A DNA stretch of 10,057 nucleotides, from assembly GCA_964013405.1 (NCBI GenBank), contig CAXGWI010000134.1:1-10057 (forward strand), given 5' to 3'. Each line of letters starts with the position of its first letter. The stretch's first letter is position 1. The position numbers and the translations under genes are program-made. This document shows positions 1 through 7,695 of the stretch, piece by piece. This stretch comes from an uncultured Myxococcales bacterium. GTDB taxonomy: Bacteria > Myxococcota > UBA4151. Under the pieces are notes generated by a model. The model saw only the letters and a program-made list of their open reading frames with translations. It was not told the DNA's origin and did no database searches.

Positions 1-12
1 GGACTGGTCTGA

Positions 13-1098
13 CTAGGGTACCGTCGCCTTGATCCGCACCTGAGTGGCCTCGCCCTTGGGAAAGTTGAGGGACTGGAGTTCGCCTAAGAGACAGGCTGCT
101 GAATACTCAGGTCCTGGGCGCCCGCTTCTCGAGCGGACACCGGTCACTTGGCCATTTGCCGACACCGAGATGAGAAAGGTGACCGTGCCCCGGAGACCGG
201 GCTTGGCGATCTTTGCACTTTTGAGACAACTCACGAACTTGGCCTGCCGTGTGGCGAGGGAGCGCTTCAACTCCGCTTGGCGGTCTGCGGACCGCACCGG
301 TGACTGTTCGCTTTTTTCCACCTTGTTCAGTGCTGCCTGGGCTGTTTTCGTATCTTCGTCTTCCGGGATGTTAACGACCCGGCGGGCGGGGGCCGAGGGC
401 TCGGGCCTGGCTTGGGCTGGCTTCGCCTTTTGCTGGGCCACCGGAGCCACTTTCTTTGGGGAGGGAGCAGGCTTTTTTGTTGCCGCAGGCGCGGTGTCCG
501 CAGGCACTTTGGTTGTGGGCCCTGCGTCGGGAACTGGCTCGGCGGGCGTTGGAGGTGCTGGCTGCTCGGCAGTTTGTGCCGTTGGGCTGGCTGGTGCACT
601 GGGCTTGGGTAAGCCCTCGGTGGGTTCGGGTTTTGAGATGAGATAGACAGCGCCGAGGGCGAGACCAGCGCCCATCACAAGACCCACGAGCAGGCCAAGC
701 CCGCCACGTTTGGGCTTGTCGGTCGAGCGGCGCCCCCTGTTGGATCGCCGCCGTTCGGGTTGGGGGTTTGCGGTGGGCTTTGGGCTGGCTTGATCGGGCC
801 CGGGGGCCTGTTGGGCCCAGGCAGGCTCATTGGGGATTTCGAGTTCGTCGGTGCCCTCCGGCGCCCGGAACTGCAAGAGGGTGCCGGTCATCTCCTCGTG
901 GACCTTGCTGGCTTCTCGGATCCATGCGGCTCTAGCGCTGTCGCCGACGGACTCCCAGCCGGCCATGCCCTCGGTCCAGCAGGCTTCATCCCCGCGCAGA
1001 AAGCCGCCTCGGGCGGCCTTCGCCAGATCGGCCCGACTGCCCTGCAGGACGATGGCCCCATCCCGAGCCAAATACCACGTTTGTTGCTCTTCGCTCAC
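13..1098 (-). CDS. GYF_2 (DUF4339)-domain inner-membrane protein with Pro-rich linker and C-terminal AgmX/PglI-C (TonB-C-like) domain
   Basis: N-terminal WYLARDG...CWTEGMAGWESV is GYF_2-like. A basic stretch RRRSNRGRRSTDKPKR precedes the TM helix GLGLLVGLVMGAGLALGAVYLIS, followed by a long P/A/K/E-rich linker. The C-terminal FVSCLK...PGLRGTVTFLISVSANGQVTGV...AACLLGELQSLNFP carries the Cys pair typical of AgmX/PglI-C. Start moved from 1134 to GTG 1098, which has GAGG 7 nt upstream; the 1134 GTG overlaps the predicted -10 box. Confidence 0.8.
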   Translation of the reverse strand: MSEEQQTWYLARDGAIVLQGSRADLAKAARGGFLRGDEACWTEGMAGWESVGDSARAAWIREASKVHEEMTGTLLQFRAPEGTDELEIPNEPAWAQQAPGPDQASPKPTANPQPERRRSNRGRRSTDKPKRGGLGLLVGLVMGAGLALGAVYLISKPEPTEGLPKPSAPASPTAQTAEQPAPPTPAEPVPDAGPTTKVPADTAPAATKKPAPSPKKVAPVAQQKAKPAQARPEPSAPARRVVNIPEDEDTKTAQAALNKVEKSEQSPVRSADRQAELKRSLATRQAKFVSCLKSAKIAKPGLRGTVTFLISVSANGQVTGVRSRSGRPGPEYSAACLLGELQSLNFPKGEATQVRIKATVP

Positions 1099-1126
1099 CC
1101 AAGCACCTCGCGCGACAACCGGCGCA

Positions 1127-1155
1127 AGTATCACCCGCTTGAGCTAGACTGGCAA
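1127..1155 (-). promoter_or_regulatory. Putative sigma70-type promoter for the GYF_2 gene
   Basis: Minus strand TTGCCA (1155-1150), 17 nt spacer, GATACT (1132-1127): 5/6 and 4/6 matches to consensus, within the 70-bp intergenic gap. Confidence 0.5.
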
Positions 1156-1168
1156 AAGAATGGTCGGC

Positions 1169-2233
1169 CTAGTTCCGGCCGGGCTCCATGCGCCAAGCCT
1201 CGTCGAACTCAGCATTCTCGTAGGCGAGCTTGGTTTCGACCATACCCCCGGCCGGGGCTGGCAGCTGGAACGTTAGCTCCATTTCCACATACTTCGTGTG
1301 GTGGGGCACGAGGGGGAGTTGACGCCAACCGATCGTGAGGCCCGGAGGAAAGTCCGCGATCTTATCCTGAGGCCGCTTCATGATGAAGTCGGGCTCTGAG
1401 GTCTCCGCTTGAATGATGCGTCGCCCCTCTTTGACGCAGAGGTCTTTGAGGAAGGCTTCCTCGTCCAAAGGAAGTTTGATCTCTCCGCCAAAGCCCTCAA
1501 GGTAAATGGATTCAAGGGGTTTGGAACGTTCCCGGTTTGCCCGAGAGACCTCGTCGGCTTGGTCTTGCTGATGCTCGACGTTGGACTTGACGATGTCGAG
1601 GGCCTCTTTACTCCAGGCCTCCCAGGACTTCATGGCTTCCTCTTTGTTGAGGTAGGTGTTGGGGCCCAGGCAAATGGTCGTGTCAAAGCCACCATAGGTG
1701 ACATCACCCGGGTTGCCCCAAACGACGTAATCAGCAAGGACCGTGTCGTTTCCACGCAGCTCCTCTTTACGAATGTTGAAGAGGTCCATGCGGTAGCCAT
1801 TGGCCGTTGCGGTCAGTTCCGGCTCGTAGTCACCACTCTTCATTTGGTCGAAGATTTTCTTCGCGAAGTCGTAGTATTCTTTTTGTTCGGAAAACTCTTG
1901 CTCCGTGATGGCAGCGCTCTCCTTCCGGGCCGTTAGCTTTGTGAGATAAGCATCGGGCTGATTCTCTTGTGCGAAGCCAGCATATTCGGGGCGCCGCTTC
2001 AGCATGCTCAGATCTTGGAAATAGTCCTCAAACCAGCCCTGAACATTGCGGGCATAATCGTCGGGTTCCGCCCGCTCAGCCAACCCCTGCTTCGCCATGT
2101 GCTTGAGGCGCAGTTCCCCTCGATCGAGGTAGTACAGTGCTCTTAACTCGGATTGGGCAGAGTCCTGCCAGTAGTAAATAGCACCGCCGGCCAGAGCGGC
2201 ACAGGCTACGAGAAATGGGGCGACGATCTTCAT
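1169..2233 (-). CDS. Hypothetical N-terminally anchored or exported protein (354 aa)
   Basis: Long ORF with protein-like composition, ATG preceded by GAAGGGA, N-terminal MK plus hydrophobic stretch (IVAPFLVACAALAGGAIYYW), helical N-half and beta-rich C-half. No recognisable catalytic motif. Confidence 0.85.
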   Translation of the reverse strand: MKIVAPFLVACAALAGGAIYYWQDSAQSELRALYYLDRGELRLKHMAKQGLAERAEPDDYARNVQGWFEDYFQDLSMLKRRPEYAGFAQENQPDAYLTKLTARKESAAITEQEFSEQKEYYDFAKKIFDQMKSGDYEPELTATANGYRMDLFNIRKEELRGNDTVLADYVVWGNPGDVTYGGFDTTICLGPNTYLNKEEAMKSWEAWSKEALDIVKSNVEHQQDQADEVSRANRERSKPLESIYLEGFGGEIKLPLDEEAFLKDLCVKEGRRIIQAETSEPDFIMKRPQDKIADFPPGLTIGWRQLPLVPHHTKYVEMELTFQLPAPAGGMVETKLAYENAEFDEAWRMEPGRN

Positions 2234-2278
2234 TGATTTCCCTTCGCTGGGGACTGCCTTCTAGAACCTGAGGCCAGC

Positions 2279-4240
2279 TCAGTCCAGCATGATGCTGCGC
2301 GCATTGCCCGATGGGTCAACGGCCCGGCAGCTTCGCAGACTTTTGACGAGGATTGCCAGGGGCGATGGGACCTCGAAGCGGCGGACCTTCGCATCGGCAA
2401 GTGCATCACTTGGTGTCAGTTGGATGGAGCGGCGTGGCGACTGGCAAGTGAGAGAGACCACCCGATCCTCATCTTCGGTATCGATCAATAGCTTGCCCTG
2501 CTTACGGTCCAGACGAACCACACGCATCTGGGGCGGGCTGTGGTCGACCTTGACCACAAGGGAGCGACGCATGGGGCTGCGGACGCCACTGCTATCTTCG
2601 GCCTGGACCTCCACTTGATAGCTCCCGCTTGCGATGGCGGAAGTTTTCATACTCCAATAGGGCCGGTCCGTTTCGACCTGCCGGACCAGGCGACGGCTAC
2701 CATCTTGACCAAGGCGATGGAGAGAGAGGCGGTACTGGAGCGGGTCCTTGTCCGGGTCTTCCGCTTTCCAGATCACACCCCGGTATCCCCGTTGCCAGCG
2801 GACCGATCCCCGCCGTTCTGGCTCGCTGGGTCCTGCGGCCCTCTGGGGGTCGGTCACATAATCGTCGAGCTTCAGGTCTGGAAGGGTGAAGCCCTTACTG
2901 AAATCGAAGCTGTCGGCCTTGTCTTCTAGGCGGGTTCCCGGTGCGAGCACGGTAATGCTGATCACCTCAGGAGGTCGGTTGAGGGGGCTATAGAACTGCT
3001 CGACTCGGGTGAGATGCCCCCCCGGCTTGAAGAGGATCTCGACTTGGGCATACCTGGCCCGGCCTCCGGGCTTGGCTTGCCACTGGGTCCAACCCTCGCC
3101 GGCCGAGTCCTCGCCGAAACGCCATTTGATCGATTGAATCCCCTTCGATTCGGTCCGCAGCGACCCCCAGTTGGCTCGGTGCCCCGCATCAAGAATCTTG
3201 CTACGATATCGATGCTGTTCTCCTGAGCTTTCACTGCGGCGCAGGCCCCCTCCATGGGCCAGGAGGCCCGCTTTGCTCTGGGCGAGACCCTCAATCGCTC
3301 GGCGGTCACGGACTCCGAAGCGCCTTTGGGCCCCTTGGGCGGCGAGGGGGGAACCATCGGCTCCCGCTCGGGTTGGAAAGCCATAGATATAGCCTAGGTC
3401 CGTACCCACGAGGATTTCATCGCGGGCTCTGATCAGCGTGAGTGGCGTCTCACCATCGGAGGACCAAAGGAGCGATTGCGGTTCCGATGGCCGGATGAAT
3501 TCCAGCGCACCGCCACCCCGACTGCGGGGGCTTGGCGGTGGGATCTTGCCTTCCTCGGAGCCGTCGGTGGACACGCTCATGGCGAAGAGCTGCTGATCGC
3601 CGATGAGGCTTAAGGCCATCACCTCTGGGTTGAGGGTTTGCCCAACCACCCGGGGCGTGGCGCTTGTTAGATCCCAGACACGCCCGGTGGTGAGCTCGCC
3701 CACAAACACGACGGATCCGCGGCTGACAACAGAACGCAGTCCCTCGCCCGGAAGGGGCACGGACCGCAGCACTTTCTTACCTTGGACGTGGTATGCAGCA
3801 CTCGGTTCAGCGGCGACGATCCAGGCCCCTTTGTCGGCGCCACAGTCGACAGCCCAGATTTGACCATGGGCTTTGGGGAGCGGAACCAATTCAAACTTTC
3901 GCCCATCGGCCGCAAAGAACAACTCGCCTTTGGGGCCAGCGACAACGTAGCGGGCAACGCCTTTTTGGCAGGCATCACCCAAGGCCTTGTGGGCGAGGTG
4001 AAGGATGGGCTTGTTTTGGCTGTCGAGCCAACGGAGGGGCTCACTGAGGAGCACAGAACCGTCGGGAAATGCTCGCAGGACGGCACCGGGAAGGTCGCCT
4101 GATTTGAGGAGGACGGGGGCCGTCTCGATGCGGCCCCGGGCTGTCACTGCCGTGCCATCGCTCTCGCCCTCAGCCAGGGCCGCCACACCTTGGAGGTCGG
4201 CGACCTGAGTGATGCTCAGTAAAAGAGGGAGAACAAACAT
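2279..4240 (-). CDS. Exported hypothetical protein with N-terminal beta-propeller-like repeats and C-terminal Ig/FN3-like domains (653 aa)
   Basis: True start is probably ATG 4240 (MFVLPLLLSITQVA), 2 nt after the stop of the upstream peptidase; the ORF extension to 4486 overlaps that gene. Blade-like repeats: GQIWAVDC, SVVFVGELTTGRVWDL, EVMALSL, EILVGTDLGYIY. Ig/FN3-like motifs: NRPPEVISITVL, WKAEDPDKDPLQYRL, SGSYQVEVQAEDSSG, VDHSPPQM. Confidence 0.8.
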   Translation of the reverse strand: MFVLPLLLSITQVADLQGVAALAEGESDGTAVTARGRIETAPVLLKSGDLPGAVLRAFPDGSVLLSEPLRWLDSQNKPILHLAHKALGDACQKGVARYVVAGPKGELFFAADGRKFELVPLPKAHGQIWAVDCGADKGAWIVAAEPSAAYHVQGKKVLRSVPLPGEGLRSVVSRGSVVFVGELTTGRVWDLTSATPRVVGQTLNPEVMALSLIGDQQLFAMSVSTDGSEEGKIPPPSPRSRGGGALEFIRPSEPQSLLWSSDGETPLTLIRARDEILVGTDLGYIYGFPTRAGADGSPLAAQGAQRRFGVRDRRAIEGLAQSKAGLLAHGGGLRRSESSGEQHRYRSKILDAGHRANWGSLRTESKGIQSIKWRFGEDSAGEGWTQWQAKPGGRARYAQVEILFKPGGHLTRVEQFYSPLNRPPEVISITVLAPGTRLEDKADSFDFSKGFTLPDLKLDDYVTDPQRAAGPSEPERRGSVRWQRGYRGVIWKAEDPDKDPLQYRLSLHRLGQDGSRRLVRQVETDRPYWSMKTSAIASGSYQVEVQAEDSSGVRSPMRRSLVVKVDHSPPQMRVVRLDRKQGKLLIDTEDEDRVVSLTCQSPRRSIQLTPSDALADAKVRRFEVPSPLAILVKSLRSCRAVDPSGNARSIMLD

Positions 4241-4242
4241 AA

Positions 4243-5856
4243 TCACTGGGCTCCCGGAAGGATATCGATGGCGGCGGAGAGGTGCCCGGTCACCGGACCC
4301 GGGTTCTGAATGATGGCTCCGCGGGCCACCCGTTGAAAGACGTGTGCTTTGCTGTCGAGACTGGGTCCGGCAAGGGCCTCGACCCGACCACTCGTCAGGC
4401 TGCCAACTTCGGCGAAGCTGCGGCTGTTTGCGCCTCGCAGTGCGACCAGGGCTAACTCGTGGGGGCCATGACGGGCATTGAGCCAATCCACGATGGCTTC
4501 GATGCGCCGGGGAGGCTCGCCGTGCCCAGCCAGGCGCTCCGCCTCGTCAAGCAGGGATCCAGTGCACACGTGGACGGTCAAAGGCCCCGGAGCCGTGCCT
4601 CGGGGAATCGGTAGCTTGAGTCGAATCTGTCGCTCGCCCCCTTGATACCTTCGCAGTCGAGCGACGACGACCACGTCTTCACCGGCCCGGACCCGGGGGG
4701 TCAGGACCCGGAGGTCGCGGAGCGTCTCGACTTGGACTTCGCTCTGGTGTTCGACCTTTAGTTGGAGGCCGGAGGGTTTCAGGCTGCCGATGGGATTGTC
4801 GATCAGCACGCTGAGGTAGCCACCGAGGGCTCGGGCAAGGGGGCCGGCGAGCCCCATAGACGTAGGATGCGCCGTCCATTCATCGAGCTTCAATGACCCG
4901 TGTTCAGTCGTAATCGTCCCAGTGAGTCGCAGGGTGCCGCCAGCCTCAAAGGCCTGACGTTCTTTGAGGGCGTTTGCGAGCACGGCTTTGGCGATCAATG
5001 GAAGGACCCGTCGATGCCAGGCCATTTCCACATCGTAGGTGGATGAGCCGACCTGGATCTTCAGGGGGATCGTTTGGGGCAAGGGGCCGATCTTACCACC
5101 GATGGCCGGCAGCCGATCTTGGGTCATGGTGCCGACCCGCTTGCCCAAGCGAGAAATTTTGAACGCGTGCATGGGACTGGGCAGCGTGGTGCTGATCCAG
5201 GCTGTGGCCACGGGGAGCTCGGATTGCCCATCCCCAAACATGGGGTGGCCGAACGCCAGGAAGCTCTTGCCATCGGTCCACGTCACGGTGCCGGTGGAGA
5301 AGATATCGACATCGCCTCGGGCTAGCTCAACCGCGATGGCACCACCGTTCACGAGCTCATCTGGCGTTCCTGCCGCACCGCTGCCGCCACCTAACACGGG
5401 CCGAACCCGCGGGTATCCAGCGGACTTAAAGCTCTCTCCCAATTCGTTGGCCACCGCCGGGTCGAGCCCGGCCGAGACAAGGGGAAGCGTCAACATCTGG
5501 GATGCTGTTGTCCCCCGACGGGTGGCGCCCTGACCGAGGAGGACCCCCCGCATCGCATCGATGGGCGTGATGCCTGCGATAGGCTCCCGGGAGAAAGAGC
5601 CCATTCGGTAGCCGACAGCGCCAATGAGTTGGCCGTCTCGATAGACGGGGGAGCCAGACATGCCAGCGATGACACCCGTGTGTTCGATACGCTCACCGGT
5701 CAGGCGGGCGAGAATCAAATCAAGGTCCGGACCGAGTCCCCGGGGGAGTCTGTCGAGAATGGTGACCCCGAAGCGTTGCGGTTGATCGCCTTCGTAGACG
5801 GTGATGCCGTGAACGGTCCCGCTGGCGAAGAGCAGGGCTGGGATGAAAGCGACCAT
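4243..5856 (-). CDS. SpoIVB-like peptidase S55 domain protein (537 aa)
   Basis: GVIAGMSGSPVYRDGQLIGAV matches the SpoIVB GIVQGMSGSPI...GKLIGAV nucleophile motif (Ser67). GTVTWTDGKSFLAFGHPM matches the SpoIVB GTxT...ALGH His motif (His204). GGAGG upstream of ATG; short hydrophobic N-terminus. Confidence 0.88.
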   Translation of the reverse strand: MVAFIPALLFASGTVHGITVYEGDQPQRFGVTILDRLPRGLGPDLDLILARLTGERIEHTGVIAGMSGSPVYRDGQLIGAVGYRMGSFSREPIAGITPIDAMRGVLLGQGATRRGTTASQMLTLPLVSAGLDPAVANELGESFKSAGYPRVRPVLGGGSGAAGTPDELVNGGAIAVELARGDVDIFSTGTVTWTDGKSFLAFGHPMFGDGQSELPVATAWISTTLPSPMHAFKISRLGKRVGTMTQDRLPAIGGKIGPLPQTIPLKIQVGSSTYDVEMAWHRRVLPLIAKAVLANALKERQAFEAGGTLRLTGTITTEHGSLKLDEWTAHPTSMGLAGPLARALGGYLSVLIDNPIGSLKPSGLQLKVEHQSEVQVETLRDLRVLTPRVRAGEDVVVVARLRRYQGGERQIRLKLPIPRGTAPGPLTVHVCTGSLLDEAERLAGHGEPPRRIEAIVDWLNARHGPHELALVALRGANSRSFAEVGSLTSGRVEALAGPSLDSKAHVFQRVARGAIIQNPGPVTGHLSAAIDILPGAQ

Positions 5857-5887
5857 GACCTGCCTGTCCTCCGTGTACGCAGAGAGG

Positions 5888-7654
5888 TCAAGTCTTCAGA
5901 GGATAGCCTTCAGCTGCGATGGCAGCATCACCGATCTCTCGGCCCAGCTTCACCACGTTGACTTGGTTGGGCCGTACCAAGGGCTGGATGAGGTCGAGGC
6001 TCTCTCCTGCGCCGAGATCGATCAGTTGCCTTTGGGCGATAGCTCGGGCTTCGTCGAGGGCAAGGGTCGCATAGAGATCGGCCATTTTGCCCATCAATTC
6101 GTCACCGCTCTGCTGCGCTCTTCGAGCACTGCTGTCGACCACATAGCTAAGAATCACGAGATCGGCGCATCCCACCAAAGACTCCTGCTCTCGCACCATG
6201 CCCGTGCCGTGCACAGCCCCGGCCATGCCCATGACATAGATGGCCAGTCGACGCAGTCGAGCGGCGGTCTCAAGGGCGACAGCACCGATGCCGTCGTAGC
6301 TGGGAAGGTCCAATTGCCCCGTCGCGAGGCCCTGCATCAGCTTTTGTTGCGCACCGACGATTTCCATCAGTTGGCCTTTCAGAGCCTTACGCATGATCGT
6401 GCCCGGGATGAGCATACGGTTGATTTCGTTGGTGCCTTCCCAAATTCGATTGATTCGACTGTTACGGTAGGCCCCCTCGGCGAAATAGTCCTCGATGAAG
6501 CCGTAGCCACCGTGAAGTTGCACGAATTCGTCAACCGCCTCGTCGAGGATTTCGCTGCCGAAGATCTTCATGGCGGCGCATTCGACCGCAAACTCCTCAA
6601 GGATTTTGACCTTCCGCTCGCCGTAGTCCTCGGCCACGGGGTCCAGTCCCTCAAGAGCTTTGTCGATTTCTCCAGAACACCGGTAGAGTGCACTCTCCAC
6701 GGCGAAGGTCTTCACGACGAGACTGCCAATTTTCGACCGGGTCAGGGCAAACTCCGCAATCGATTTGTTGAACTGTCGACGCTCGGAAACATAGGCGATG
6801 ATTTTGTTCAGGCCTTGTTTGACCCCACCGGCCGCCCCGGCAGCCAACTTGAGTCGCCCCACATTGAGCACGCCAAAAGCAATACGGTGACCTTTGCCCA
6901 CCTTGCCCAGAAGTTGGGGCGTCGGCACGTTGCAGTCGGTGAAGGTGACCGGGCAGGTACTCGAACCGCGAACACCCATCTTGTGTTCTTCCGGTCCGAT
7001 GTCGATGCCACCGTCTTCTTTTTTAGCGACAAAGCCTGTGAAATTACGACCCTGCTCCGCTGCCTCCGGGTCCACTTGACCGAAAACACAGAAGTAGTCG
7101 GCGAAGCCTGCGTTGGTGATGAACTGCTTGTTACCATTGAGACGCCAGCCCTCCGGCCCGCTGACTGCGCTGGTACGGGCTGCCATCGCGTCCGAACCCG
7201 AGCCGGGCTCCGTGAGGCAATAGGCACCGATCCATTCCCCGGTGGCCGATTTCGGTAAGATCTCGCTTTTGGTCTCGTGACTGCCGAAGAACACGACGGG
7301 CAGGGTGCCAATTCCCATGTGGGCCACGGCCGTCACGCTGAAGTTGGCCTCTCGGGAAAACTCCTCACCGACGATGGATGCGGTGGTGATGCCGAGACCC
7401 AGTCCGCCGTAGGCTTCGGGAATCTCGACCATCAGCAGGCCTTGCTCACCGGCTTTGAGCATCAGCTCTCGCATCAAGATGAGGTCCTTTTTTTCAAGAG
7501 CCTGAGCGTGGGGAATGACCTCCCGCTCCATAAACTCTCGAGCGACCTGTTTGAATTGGCGTTGTTCCTCGCTGAACCCCTCCGGGCTCGGAATGGGTCG
7601 GTCCAAGTCATCCACCACGAGGAATCCGGCGCCTCGATCAAAGGCATGTGTCAT
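5888..7654 (-). CDS. fadE: Long-type acyl-CoA dehydrogenase (B. subtilis FadE/YusJ- and VLCAD-like, 588 aa)
   Basis: ACAD motifs AYCLTEPGSGSDA, LNGNKQFITNA, EEHKMGVRGSSTC, ERRQFNKSIAEF, QLHGGYGFIEDY and RIWEGTNEINR (catalytic Glu406), plus the N-terminal RGAGFL motif and C-terminal extension of the long class. Start chosen at ATG 7654 (GGAG 9 nt upstream) because ATG 7696 overlaps the palindromic operator. Confidence 0.93.
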   Translation of the reverse strand: MTHAFDRGAGFLVVDDLDRPIPSPEGFSEEQRQFKQVAREFMEREVIPHAQALEKKDLILMRELMLKAGEQGLLMVEIPEAYGGLGLGITTASIVGEEFSREANFSVTAVAHMGIGTLPVVFFGSHETKSEILPKSATGEWIGAYCLTEPGSGSDAMAARTSAVSGPEGWRLNGNKQFITNAGFADYFCVFGQVDPEAAEQGRNFTGFVAKKEDGGIDIGPEEHKMGVRGSSTCPVTFTDCNVPTPQLLGKVGKGHRIAFGVLNVGRLKLAAGAAGGVKQGLNKIIAYVSERRQFNKSIAEFALTRSKIGSLVVKTFAVESALYRCSGEIDKALEGLDPVAEDYGERKVKILEEFAVECAAMKIFGSEILDEAVDEFVQLHGGYGFIEDYFAEGAYRNSRINRIWEGTNEINRMLIPGTIMRKALKGQLMEIVGAQQKLMQGLATGQLDLPSYDGIGAVALETAARLRRLAIYVMGMAGAVHGTGMVREQESLVGCADLVILSYVVDSSARRAQQSGDELMGKMADLYATLALDEARAIAQRQLIDLGAGESLDLIQPLVRPNQVNVVKLGREIGDAAIAAEGYPLKT

Positions 7655-7677
7655 CTTTTCTAGCTCCAAATAGGCAC

Positions 7678-7695
7678 TGAATGAGCGCTCATTCA
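7678..7695. promoter_or_regulatory. Perfect 18-bp palindromic operator (TetR/FadR-type)
   Basis: TGAATGAGCGCTCATTCA is its own reverse complement and lies 23 nt upstream of the ACAD start. Its outer 7+7 bases match the B. subtilis FadR box TGAATGA-N4-TCATTCA. Confidence 0.8.

Noticed and set aside
370..620. Low-complexity region as a tandem repeat or CRISPR-like array
   Set aside because: It encodes the Pro/Ala/Lys linker; no exact DNA repeat unit or spacer structure is visible.
2201..2212. Lipobox-like LVAC in the 354-aa protein
   Set aside because: Cys11 is early and is followed by more hydrophobic residues (AALAGGAIYYW), which fits a TM anchor better; not fully excluded.
1169..2233. Visibly lower GC in the 354-aa gene as a sign of horizontal transfer
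   Set aside because: Explained by its E/K/D/Y/F-rich composition; there are no flanking repeats, tRNA or mobility genes.
4241..4486. 82-aa N-terminal extension of the 735-aa ORF
   Set aside because: It overlaps the peptidase C-terminus and has an Arg/Ser/Pro-rich off-frame composition; ATG 4240 gives a coupled start with a hydrophobic leader.
5843..7258. 471-aa plus-strand ORF antisense to the acyl-CoA dehydrogenase
   Set aside because: It is in codon register with the opposite-strand ACAD and has no family motifs; such shadow ORFs are typical of high-GC conserved genes.
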